From IMG/VR virus record IMGVR_UViG_3300020202_000172, positions 1-34,084 of that record: a stretch of DNA of 34,084 bases, one strand, 5' to 3'. The first letter of the stretch is position 1. Every line of letters begins with the position of its first letter. Shown one piece after another: positions 1 to 6,981 of the stretch. The position numbers and the translations under genes are program-made. The notes under the pieces are model-generated. The model was not told the DNA's origin and searched no databases. It saw only the letters and a list, made by a program, of their open reading frames with translations. The stretch is from a virus (taxonomy: Duplodnaviria > Caudoviricetes).

Positions 1-203
1 TCGCCGCCGCCCGCGCCGAGCACGCGGCGCTGCGGGGCGCCCTGGAGCAGATCATCGAGAACTACGACGCGCGCGTAGGGGTTCGTGGGCACCATCTCGG
101 ATGCGACTGCGGCGGCACGCGAGACGGGCTGCACTCGTGTCGCACGTTCGTACAAGCCATCGAGAGCGGACGCGCCGCGCTCGCGGCCTGGAGGACCCGA
201 TGA
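1..203 (+). CDS. Partial hypothetical phage protein (5' end outside window)
   Basis: Open frame from position 3 (AAARAEHAALRGALEQIIENYDARVG...CDCGGTRDGLHSC...WRTR) ending in TGA at 201-203, overlapping the next ATG (ATGA coupling). Confidence 0.6.
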   Translation, partial: AAARAEHAALRGALEQIIENYDARVGVRGHHLGCDCGGTRDGLHSCRTFVQAIESGRAALAAWRTR

Positions 204-1438
204 CCGACACCCCCGCGCCGCCCGCCGAGGGCGAGATGACGCCGGAGCAGAGATGGATCCGCCGCGTGAAGCGGTCCTTTCCGGAGTGCCGAGACGGCTA
301 CAGCGGATCCCTTGCCCTGTATCGCAGCGAATACCTCGACGATCTCCGCTCCGCCGAGGCGCAAGGCCGAGAGAGGGGCGCAAGGGAGGAGCGGGAGGCG
401 TGCGCGCGCGAGATCGAGCCCGACGAGCACGATGTCGGCGATTGGGGCGGCGCGCTCCGTTGGGCATGTCTGCGGATCCGCGCCCGCGCCACCCCCAGCC
501 AGAGAGAGAGCGCGGGGGAGCCGGGTGGAAGTAAACCGGCCCCCGTTGCGCCTACGTCAGAAGACCAAGCGGGGCTTGATCGTTCGGCGCAGCCAGGGGC
601 CGCGCGCGCATCCTACCACGTCGCGCCCGCTCCCGTCCCCGCAGAGCCGCAGGCGGTGAGCGAGGAGAAGTGCTCGACCTGCGGCAAGCGGGACGGCGAG
701 CCGGGAAGCCAGTTCTGCTCGAATGGCTACCACTACGCGCCGGCCACTGTCAGCGAGGAGCGGGTCCGAGAGATCGCCGAGGACGTCATCAACCCCGTGC
801 TCGGCGCCTTGGACACGCGCATCGGCGAGATCCACGGGCGCCTCGACATGGACACGCCGCGCGACCGTCAGATTGACGCGCTCTGGGACCGCATGTGCGC
901 GCACGTCGAGGAGCGGCACGCGAAGCCCGTTCGCGAGGACCTCGCCGCCCTTCGCCGGGAGGTCGCCGGGCTGAGAGAGCGCGTGGAGGCGCAGCAGGAG
1001 ACGCAGCGGGCCAGGGGCGTGCCGCCCCCGGACCCCCTGCCCGAACCGACATGCCCAGCGTGCGGCCACGCCACCGATCTCCATTCCCCGGAGAGCCGCA
1101 TCGTCGGCTGCCAGTGGAGCCGTCGTGAGGGCGACGGACTCACCATCTGCGGCTGCCGCAGGCTGCGCAGAGAAATCGAGACGCTCCGAGCGGGGTTTCC
1201 AGGGGGCGGCAGCCCCATGGCTCCGAACGCCTCTTCTCCGCCCTCCCCGTCCCCCGTGGAGCCGGCGCCGAGCGTCCTGGTGCCGAGAACGGACCTGAGT
1301 GCGGCCATCGCCTCGGTTCGGTTCGCGGCTGACGTGCGGGCCATCGACCACGATCAAACGCAGCGGCGCTACGCGCTGGAGGAGCGCCTGCTTGAAGATC
1401 GTCTCGTCCGCGCCCTTTCCATCGAGGCTCCCCGATGA
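200..1438 (+). CDS. Hypothetical phage protein with Cys/His clusters (possible Zn fingers) and a coiled coil
   Basis: ATG at 200 preceded by GGAGG, within the 101..1438 ORF. Contains CSTC..C, CPACGH..H..C..CGC clusters. ATGA overlaps at both ends. Confidence 0.65.
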   Translation: MTDTPAPPAEGEMTPEQRWIRRVKRSFPECRDGYSGSLALYRSEYLDDLRSAEAQGRERGAREEREACAREIEPDEHDVGDWGGALRWACLRIRARATPSQRESAGEPGGSKPAPVAPTSEDQAGLDRSAQPGAARASYHVAPAPVPAEPQAVSEEKCSTCGKRDGEPGSQFCSNGYHYAPATVSEERVREIAEDVINPVLGALDTRIGEIHGRLDMDTPRDRQIDALWDRMCAHVEERHAKPVREDLAALRREVAGLRERVEAQQETQRARGVPPPDPLPEPTCPACGHATDLHSPESRIVGCQWSRREGDGLTICGCRRLRREIETLRAGFPGGGSPMAPNASSPPSPSPVEPAPSVLVPRTDLSAAIASVRFAADVRAIDHDQTQRRYALEERLLEDRLVRALSIEAPR

Positions 1439-1722
1439 GCATGACGCGGGACGAGCAACGCGCCTATATGCGCGGTTATCAGCGCGGAAAAGCCGGCAAG
1501 TGGCCGGACATGGCGACGGTCTCCGACGAGCGGTTCCGTGTTCTGGCGCAGGCCGCCAAGCAGCTCGCAGATGCGGTCGACGAGATGCTCTGCCAATTCG
1601 ACGACCGCGACGACGATCCGATGCAGGTCGCGATTGACGATGCCCGACACCTTGTGCTCTGTGCGATCCAGGAAGCATGGAACGAAGTGGCCGCTCAGGC
1701 CCCCGAGGCTCCCCATGCCTGA
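1435..1722 (+). CDS. Hypothetical phage protein
   Basis: 95-aa ORF with ATGA overlap. AYMRGYQRG is a common motif in small phage proteins. Confidence 0.7.
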   Translation: MSMTRDEQRAYMRGYQRGKAGKWPDMATVSDERFRVLAQAAKQLADAVDEMLCQFDDRDDDPMQVAIDDARHLVLCAIQEAWNEVAAQAPEAPHA

Positions 1723-1900
1723 GCCGAGCACCCTGCGGCGGCTTCTTGCTCGTTTGCGCTGCGCGCTCATCAAGCACGATGCGGGCGGGCACATGGATCC
1801 GTTCCCCGAGAAGCGCTGGATCGACGAGGAGACCAGCCTGTTCGAGTGGAAGTGCCTCGACTGCGGCCAGTGGATCCACTCCGACGAGGCGCGCCCGTGA
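1715..1900 (+). CDS. Small hypothetical protein with C..H / CxxCG Zn-ribbon-like motif
   Basis: ATG at 1715 after GAGG. MPEPSTLRRLLARLRCALIKH...WKCLDCGQW. Ends in GTGA overlap. Confidence 0.65.
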   Translation: MPEPSTLRRLLARLRCALIKHDAGGHMDPFPEKRWIDEETSLFEWKCLDCGQWIHSDEARP

Positions 1901-2256
1901 GCGCCCCTGAGCCGAGCACGCCGGAGACGAGCGCGATCGCCGCCGTGCTGGCCCGAGCCGGCCACAAGAACCCGGCAGACGACTGCGTGGCGTGCCGCGC
2001 CCGCTCCGAGCTCTCCGCCCTCCGCCAGGAGCTCGAAGAGGCTAGAGCCGAGAGGGACGATGCACGCTTGCTCTGGCGTGCCAAGGGACTGGTGCTCATT
2101 GCGCGGTCAGGCGGCGGCCGTTGGGAGTTCTTCGGCGGGCCGCACTCGCGTCAGTACCTATGTGATGACAGGCAGGGCGTCCCCGTCCTCGACGCCGCCT
2201 CTCGCTCCGCGCTGCGCCGCGCCCTCGGAGAAGAACGACATGCCGATCCGTCCTGA
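1897..2256 (+). CDS. Hypothetical phage protein (CxxC, coiled coil)
   Basis: GTG at 1897 overlapping the upstream stop. HKNPADDCVAC followed by coiled coil ELSALRQELEEARAERDDAR. Confidence 0.65.
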   Translation: MSAPEPSTPETSAIAAVLARAGHKNPADDCVACRARSELSALRQELEEARAERDDARLLWRAKGLVLIARSGGGRWEFFGGPHSRQYLCDDRQGVPVLDAASRSALRRALGEERHADPS

Positions 2257-2596
2257 GAACCGCGCCCGCTATCCCGGCAACTGGCGCGCGATCTCCGACC
2301 GCATCCGCTTCCAGCGCGCCGCCGGACGCTGCGAGTGCGAAGGCGAGTGCGGCCTGCATCGGACGACGCCGGGGCCGCGCCGCTGCGTCGAGGTTCACGG
2401 CCAATCCGCGACCTTCGCCAAGGGCAAAGTCGTGCTGACCGTCGCCCACCTCGACCACACGCCGGAGAACGTCGCCGACACGAACCTCAAGGCGATGTGC
2501 CAGCGCTGCCACCTGCTCTACGACAAGGACCACCACCAAGCGAACGCGGCCCGGACCAGAGCGCGCCGCGCCCTCGGAGAGGAGGAACGAGCGTGA
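2240..2596 (+). CDS. HNH endonuclease-like protein
   Basis: ATG at 2240. MPIRPENRARYPGNW...RCEC..C...VLTVAHLDHTPEN...NLKAMCQRCHLLYD is a typical HNH motif arrangement. Confidence 0.85.
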   Translation: MPIRPENRARYPGNWRAISDRIRFQRAAGRCECEGECGLHRTTPGPRRCVEVHGQSATFAKGKVVLTVAHLDHTPENVADTNLKAMCQRCHLLYDKDHHQANAARTRARRALGEEERA

Positions 2597-2772
2597 GCGC
2601 CGGCAAGAACGTTCGCCGGAAGCACCGCGCGCGCAAGCCGTACCGCGGTTCGCGGGCCGCCGACTCTTCATGCCGAAGCAACGGCTCGTGCGGCTACTGC
2701 CGGAACAACCGCATGCACCGGCATCGCAAGAAGCTGGAGCCCCACGAGGCCCCACCCCCGCACACCCCCTGA
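2593..2772 (+). CDS. Small basic Cys-containing hypothetical protein
   Basis: GTG at 2593 (GTGA overlap). RKPYRGSRAADSSCRSNGSCGYCRNNR resembles a recurrent small phage protein type. Confidence 0.65.
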   Translation: MSAGKNVRRKHRARKPYRGSRAADSSCRSNGSCGYCRNNRMHRHRKKLEPHEAPPPHTP

Positions 2773-2815
2773 GAGACACCGTGGCTTCCCCTAACCCTGT
2801 TCCCTGAGAGAGACC

Positions 2816-3358
2816 ATGACCCGACTGCTTCTCGCCCTGTTCCTGCTCGCCCCGCTCGCCCCCGCGCAGACCCGCACCTTCTCCGCCACGCTCAACGTCG
2901 GCGAGACCGCCACGGTGACGATCGCCGGGCCGAACCCCGGAGCCACGAGCGCGCTGATCTCGATCGACGGCCAGGCCGACCGCTGGCGCGCCGTCGAGAA
3001 CCTCTCGCTCTTGACCGGAGGCACCGCGACGTTCGCTCCCGCGACGGCCAAGGTCGAGGTCGGGATCGGGGCCTCGGCGCTCGTCTCCGCGAGCGTGGGC
3101 GCGCCTGCGACCTCGTTCGCTGGCCTCTCCGTCTGGGACGGGACGATCGACTTCGCGGGTCCGAGCTCGGGCTCGGCGCTGCTCTCGGGACTCTACAGCG
3201 CCTCCAGCGGCGGCCCGGCGGCTCCTTGGGCGGGACGCCGCGTCGTGCTCTGGATCCGCGCCACGGACAGCCCCACGGGCATCTCCGGGACCACGGGCGC
3301 GCTCGCGACGCAGCACGGGTGCTTGGTGACGGTGAACGGGACGGTATCCTTCCAGTGA
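2816..3358 (+). CDS. Secreted beta-rich protein, choice-of-anchor E-like
   Basis: N-terminal signal peptide MTRLLLALFLLAPLAPA|Q. Thr/Ser/Gly-rich, with VENL and WDGTIDFAGPSSG motifs. Confidence 0.6.
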   Translation: MTRLLLALFLLAPLAPAQTRTFSATLNVGETATVTIAGPNPGATSALISIDGQADRWRAVENLSLLTGGTATFAPATAKVEVGIGASALVSASVGAPATSFAGLSVWDGTIDFAGPSSGSALLSGLYSASSGGPAAPWAGRRVVLWIRATDSPTGISGTTGALATQHGCLVTVNGTVSFQ

Positions 3359-3633
3359 TGGACCGAGCCGAGATCCGGAAGCTCGCCGAGGCGGCGCTCG
3401 CGGATGACCACTCCGTGCATGCGCGAGCGGTCGCTGCGCTGAACGAGCATGGAGAGGTCACAGTCGCACCGTGGGTCATCGCCGCAGCCCACCGCGAGCC
3501 CGCCCTCGCGCGCGCGGTGCTGGAGCTGCTGGACAAGCTCGGCGCCGTGGAGAAGGAGTACCTGTCCTTCGCGCTACAGTCGATCGGCAGAGACACCGAC
3601 GACGCCGCGCCCACGCCCGAGGAGAAGCCCTAG
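3358..3633 (+). CDS. Hypothetical phage protein
   Basis: ATG at 3358 overlapping the upstream TGA. MDRAEIRKLAEAAL...WVIAAAHREPALARAVLELLD. Converges on the minus-strand operon. Confidence 0.65.
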   Translation: MDRAEIRKLAEAALADDHSVHARAVAALNEHGEVTVAPWVIAAAHREPALARAVLELLDKLGAVEKEYLSFALQSIGRDTDDAAPTPEEKP

Positions 3634-3938
3634 GGCTCGATCAGCGCCGAGTAGACCCGCGCGTAGGCGAGCCCGAACTCCGGGCCGTGATCGGCTACGC
3701 TCGGGTGCTCGCTGGTCCAACTCAAGGCGTGACTCCACTCGTGAAGTAACGTCCAGCGCAGAAAGTCGCCCTCCAGCGTCGGATCGAGCGAGATCGCGAA
3801 GTGCGGCGTGGACTCTCTGTGGAAAGAGCAGGAGCCCCAGCGCTTCTTGAGGGCCCGGCGCCGTACGACCACGGGCCACATGGGCGGGACGCGCTTGCGC
3901 AGGACCGCGAGGTCGCGACGGAGCGCGGCGCGCTTCAC
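3630..3938 (-). CDS. SprT-like zinc metallopeptidase (minimal)
   Basis: GTG at 3938 (GTGA overlap). RWGSC...ISLD...TLLHEWSH...DHGPEF matches the SprT/HExxH pattern. Confidence 0.8.
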   Translation of the reverse strand: MKRAALRRDLAVLRKRVPPMWPVVVRRRALKKRWGSCSFHRESTPHFAISLDPTLEGDFLRWTLLHEWSHALSWTSEHPSVADHGPEFGLAYARVYSALIEP

Positions 3939-5014
3939 CGCTTCGCTCTCCCGCCCGGCGCGCGCACCTTCCGGATCGGCCCGGCCATGTTGAAGGCGCC
4001 GTTGTAGTAGCCCCGGTCGAACCACTGCCGCAGGGCCGTCTTGACCTCGACGACCGCGCCCCGCTCGTCCTGTCGCGGCTCGATGATCCAGCCGCCCACG
4101 TCGTACTGGAGCCCCTTCTTGCGGCCCCAGGTGTCTTGGTCCTTGGTGCAGCCGGCGCCGATCACGTGGACCCCGCGCTCGATGAAGTAGATGAGCTTGT
4201 GGAGATGCCCGCTGCACATGATCGCGGGCTTCTCGCCGGGCTGGAGCGAGCGGACGATCTTCTGCATCGTCCAGCTCGTCGCGTGCGCGCTGCCGCCGCC
4301 GGGGTGGTCCAGCCAGAGCTTGGACGAGGCGCCCGTCTTCGCGTGCTCCAGCGAGAAGAAGGCCTCCTTGTAGCCGCAGTCGCGCAGGTCGTGGCGCCCG
4401 TACTCGCGCGCGGAGCTGACGAGCAGCCGCCCGACGTCGATCCCTTCGCGCTTGGCGTACCAGCCCTCGTGGTCGTCGCCGGAGACGAACCACGTCGTGA
4501 TGCCCTTCTTCTCGGGGAAGTTCTCGACGAAATAGTCGACCTGCGGCTGGAGCCCGTGGCAGTCGGGCAAGAGCTCGTGGTCGTTGTCGTGGCCCTCGCC
4601 GTCGATCCAGTTCCCGGCGAGCAGGACGTTCTCGATCCCCTCCGAGGCGAACCAGTCGTAGAGGTCGGTCGCTACGTCCTCGCGCGCGCACTTCGACCCG
4701 TAGTGGGTGTCCGAGATGATCCCGAATCGGTGCCGGCCGTTCTTGTCCGAGATGAACTTGAGGTTTTCGAGCGTGCGCGGGGCCGGCTTGCGCACGAGGA
4801 CGATCACGTCCCCGTGGACCTTGACGTTGAGCGACTGCTCGACGAGCGCGTCGCAGAGGTCGATCACGGCGCCCCGCGAGCAACCGATCTCGGCCGCGAC
4901 CTCCGCCAAGGGGATGCGGCCGCCGCGCTTGAGCCGGGCGTGGAGAATGTCGAGGGCTTCGGTGTTCCCCTCCTCGCGGGCCCACTTCGCAACGTCGAAG
5001 CGGGGCTTCTTCAA
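3935..5014 (-). CDS. Calcineurin-like metallophosphoesterase with N-terminal HTH
   Basis: Motifs ISDTHYG, AGNWIDG, SGDDHE, HPGGG, GHLH. N-terminal LAEVAAEIGCSRGAV is HTH-like. Start inferred as TTG 5014 overlapping the upstream stop. Confidence 0.8.
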   Translation of the reverse strand: MKKPRFDVAKWAREEGNTEALDILHARLKRGGRIPLAEVAAEIGCSRGAVIDLCDALVEQSLNVKVHGDVIVLVRKPAPRTLENLKFISDKNGRHRFGIISDTHYGSKCAREDVATDLYDWFASEGIENVLLAGNWIDGEGHDNDHELLPDCHGLQPQVDYFVENFPEKKGITTWFVSGDDHEGWYAKREGIDVGRLLVSSAREYGRHDLRDCGYKEAFFSLEHAKTGASSKLWLDHPGGGSAHATSWTMQKIVRSLQPGEKPAIMCSGHLHKLIYFIERGVHVIGAGCTKDQDTWGRKKGLQYDVGGWIIEPRQDERGAVVEVKTALRQWFDRGYYNGAFNMAGPIRKVRAPGGRAKR

Positions 5015-5244
5015 GTGCCCAGCCCGCCGAGGCAGTTGTGGACGTGCGAGTGGAAGGCCGTGTACTTGTAGGGGTAGCCCAACTGCTCGCACGCCATCCG
5101 GTAGATCGAGCGCACCTTGCCCTTGAACTCGCCCCGGGCGCGCATCTCCAGGGCGATCCGGATGCCCTCGGCCGCCTCGGGAAGGCGACAGGTCTCGCAT
5201 TTCGTGGGTCGCGCGGGCTCGAATCCCCGCGCCCACGAGGCCAC
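5011..5244 (-). CDS. Small putative Zn-binding protein (CETC...HxxxC); start uncertain
   Basis: Part of the 5011..5349 ORF filling the gap between DUF3310 and the phosphoesterase. GTG at 5244 is the nearest non-overlapping start. Confidence 0.6.
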   Translation of the reverse strand: MASWARGFEPARPTKCETCRLPEAAEGIRIALEMRARGEFKGKVRSIYRMACEQLGYPYKYTAFHSHVHNCLGGLGT

Positions 5245-5245
5245 G

Positions 5246-5560
5246 TCAAAGCCCGGAGGGGCCTTCGATGCTTTCGCGCTCGGCGCTCTCGGCTTCCCGG
5301 AGCGCGATGTGCCGGTCGAGGTAGAAGCGCGCCTTCCTGAGGTCCTCAATCTCCCGTCCTTTGTAGGAGGCGCGGCAGACGTACTTGATGACGTTGCCGA
5401 GGTGGTAGGCGAGCTTCTGGTCCTCGATGAAGTCCAGGACCTCGATCTTCCCTCGCGTGTAGTGCGAGGGGCGGCTCACGGGGTCGTGCCCCGAGCCTGG
5501 CTGCGTGGCGGCGTCGCCCACGGACGGGGAGCCTACACTACCGATGGGGTATGTCGCCAC
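5246..5560 (-). CDS. DUF3310 (SaV-like) protein
   Basis: DPVSRPSHYTRGKIEVLDFI...YHLGNVIKYVCRASYKG..EDLRKARFYL is the DUF3310 signature. Confidence 0.9.
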   Translation of the reverse strand: MATYPIGSVGSPSVGDAATQPGSGHDPVSRPSHYTRGKIEVLDFIEDQKLAYHLGNVIKYVCRASYKGREIEDLRKARFYLDRHIALREAESAERESIEGPSGL

Positions 5561-5565
5561 CGTTG

Positions 5566-5594
5566 CAACTAGGAAAGGTAGACGGATCAGACAA
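5566..5594 (-). promoter_or_regulatory. Putative sigma70-like promoter of the DUF3310 operon
   Basis: TTGTCT-N17-TAGTTG with 5 nt to the GTG at 5560. Shares TTCCTAG with the promoters at 22808 and 30507. Confidence 0.5.
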
Positions 5595-5666
5595 GCGCCC
5601 TACGGAGAGCGCGGATGGAGCGCCACAGGACGAGGACTGGGGCGAGGATCAGGAGGCCGAGGACGG

Positions 5667-6020
5667 CTAGGCAGACGTAGTCGTCGCGACGGGGCTCGGG
5701 GGGCTCGCCGGCTGGGGCTGGTTCGGCAGGCCCCAGACCTTCTTCTCCCGGTTGTTCCGGTAGAAGTTCACCCCGAGGAAGCTCGTCACCAGGGTCGCGA
5801 TCCCGGTCCCGATCGTCTGGGGCCAGTCGATCGACTCCCCCTGCTCGGTCAGCAGGGCTCGGATCGACTCCGCTTCCTCCGGGGAGATCACTCCATCGGC
5901 CACCGCTGCGTTCCAGGTGGCGGTCAGGCGCTCCCCCACGGTAGGGGACACGGCACACGCGGCGAGAAGCAGGAAGGCCGCTAGGGCGGGAAGGCAATGC
6001 GCTCGTTTCATGAGGATCAT
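5667..6020 (-). CDS. Lipoprotein with C-terminal hydrophobic helix (spanin-like)
   Basis: (MIL)MKRAHCLPALAAFLLLAA|C lipobox and later TIGTGIATLVTSFLGVNFY followed by RNNREKK. Start at 6020 or 6011. Confidence 0.65.
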   Translation of the reverse strand: MILMKRAHCLPALAAFLLLAACAVSPTVGERLTATWNAAVADGVISPEEAESIRALLTEQGESIDWPQTIGTGIATLVTSFLGVNFYRNNREKKVWGLPNQPQPASPPSPVATTTSA

Positions 6021-6322
6021 TTGCGGGGGTGGATCTCGCGGACTTCCGGTACGGCGAGAGAGGCGTTGGCGATCCGCAGGCGGAGAGCGAAAATCTCCAT
6101 GTCCTGCGCGGTCCAGGCGTCGTGCGCGGCGCGGTCCGAGCGTTCCAGGCGGTTGTTGAGATCGACGAGCTGCTCGCGCAGCCCGCTCATCTCGACGTCG
6201 ATGCGCTTGTCCAGGGCGGAGTACCCGTCCTTGACGGAGAGCACGCCCCAGAGGACGCAACTTCCCACGGCGACGGCCATGCCGATGGGGACGAGGGTGT
6301 CGCGGTTGATGACGGGGGGCAT
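6017..6322 (-). CDS. Membrane-anchored coiled-coil protein (i-spanin- or holin-like)
   Basis: One N-terminal TM segment (LVPIGMAVAVGSCVLWGVLSV) followed by heptad-like LDKRIDVEMSGLREQLVDLNNRLE. Confidence 0.6.
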   Translation of the reverse strand: MPPVINRDTLVPIGMAVAVGSCVLWGVLSVKDGYSALDKRIDVEMSGLREQLVDLNNRLERSDRAAHDAWTAQDMEIFALRLRIANASLAVPEVREIHPRK

Positions 6323-6375
6323 GGCTCGGGATGGGGCTGGGGGAGGGTCGGAACTGGGAAACTAGAGGCGGCCTG

Positions 6376-6405
6376 TTGCCCAGACGCATGGGATCCGAAT
6401 AGGAT
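6376..6405 (+). promoter_or_regulatory. Putative sigma70-like promoter for the antisense membrane genes
   Basis: TTGCCC-N18-TAGGAT, 7 nt before the ATG at 6413, with no clear Shine-Dalgarno. Confidence 0.45.
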
Positions 6406-6412
6406 CGGGGGC

Positions 6413-6619
6413 ATGGCCCAATTCCCGTGGCGCCGAGCCCGCCCGCTTCTGCTCGCGCTGACCCTGCTCTCTGCCCTCGCCTGGGCCTTCTGGGAGCAGG
6501 CGACGCGCTTCGACTACGAGCGCCTGAGCGCGGACACCCTGCGCGTGACGAACACGCGGACAGGGGAGACCTTCCTGCTCACCGGGCCCGACATGGGGGC
6601 CTTGGAGCGGGAAGAGTAG
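6413..6619 (+). CDS. Small single-TM membrane protein (moron-like)
   Basis: MAQFPWRRARPLLLALTLLSALAWAFW-EQATRF...NTRTGETF, 68 aa, antisense to flanking genes. Confidence 0.7.
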   Translation: MAQFPWRRARPLLLALTLLSALAWAFWEQATRFDYERLSADTLRVTNTRTGETFLLTGPDMGALEREE

Positions 6620-6703
6620 CGGGGGGCTGGCGCCGTCCCAGGGATGGGATAGGCTGGGGGTGGGGCTGGTCCCATGCGGGCCGAGCCCCACGGAAGCCCC
6701 ACC

Positions 6704-6976
6704 ATGAGCAAGATCACCAAGACGGGCCTGATCCTCGGCCTGATAGCCTTCGCCGGCTGGTACGCGATTACAGCGCGTTTCCAGACGCGCCGGCTCGGCA
6801 ACACCACGTACATCCTCACGGACACCTGGCGGTCGCAATCCTGGTTCGGGAACGGCGGCTATCTGACGCCGCTCTCGCCGGAGTCGCTCCAGACCTTCGA
6901 CGCACGTTTGCGAGCCGAGAAGCTGGACCGCGATCTGTCCGCCCTGATCGAGGCGGTACCGCCCTCCGACGAGTAG
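6704..6976 (+). CDS. Small single-TM membrane protein, candidate superinfection exclusion factor
   Basis: MSKITKTGLILGLIAFAGWYAI-TARF...DTWRSQSW...DLSALIEAVPPSDE. Converges on the ejection protein gene. Confidence 0.7.
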   Translation: MSKITKTGLILGLIAFAGWYAITARFQTRRLGNTTYILTDTWRSQSWFGNGGYLTPLSPESLQTFDARLRAEKLDRDLSALIEAVPPSDE

Positions 6977-6981
6977 AGCGT

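Noticed and set aside
200-1438. Possible fusion of several small genes (internal VSEE repeats resembling GTGAGC starts)
   Set aside because: The frame is uninterrupted and there is no independent evidence for internal starts or recoding.
5587-5997. Overlapping ORF ending in a hydrophobic stretch (VCLAVLGLLILAPVLVLW)
   Set aside because: No convincing start or RBS, mostly a shadow of the lipoprotein gene and no lipobox. A frameshift product cannot be excluded but is unsupported.
6314-6670. G-run-rich intergenic tracts that could form G-quadruplexes
   Set aside because: Short, and G-runs are common at this GC content. Better explained as promoter/UTR sequence.
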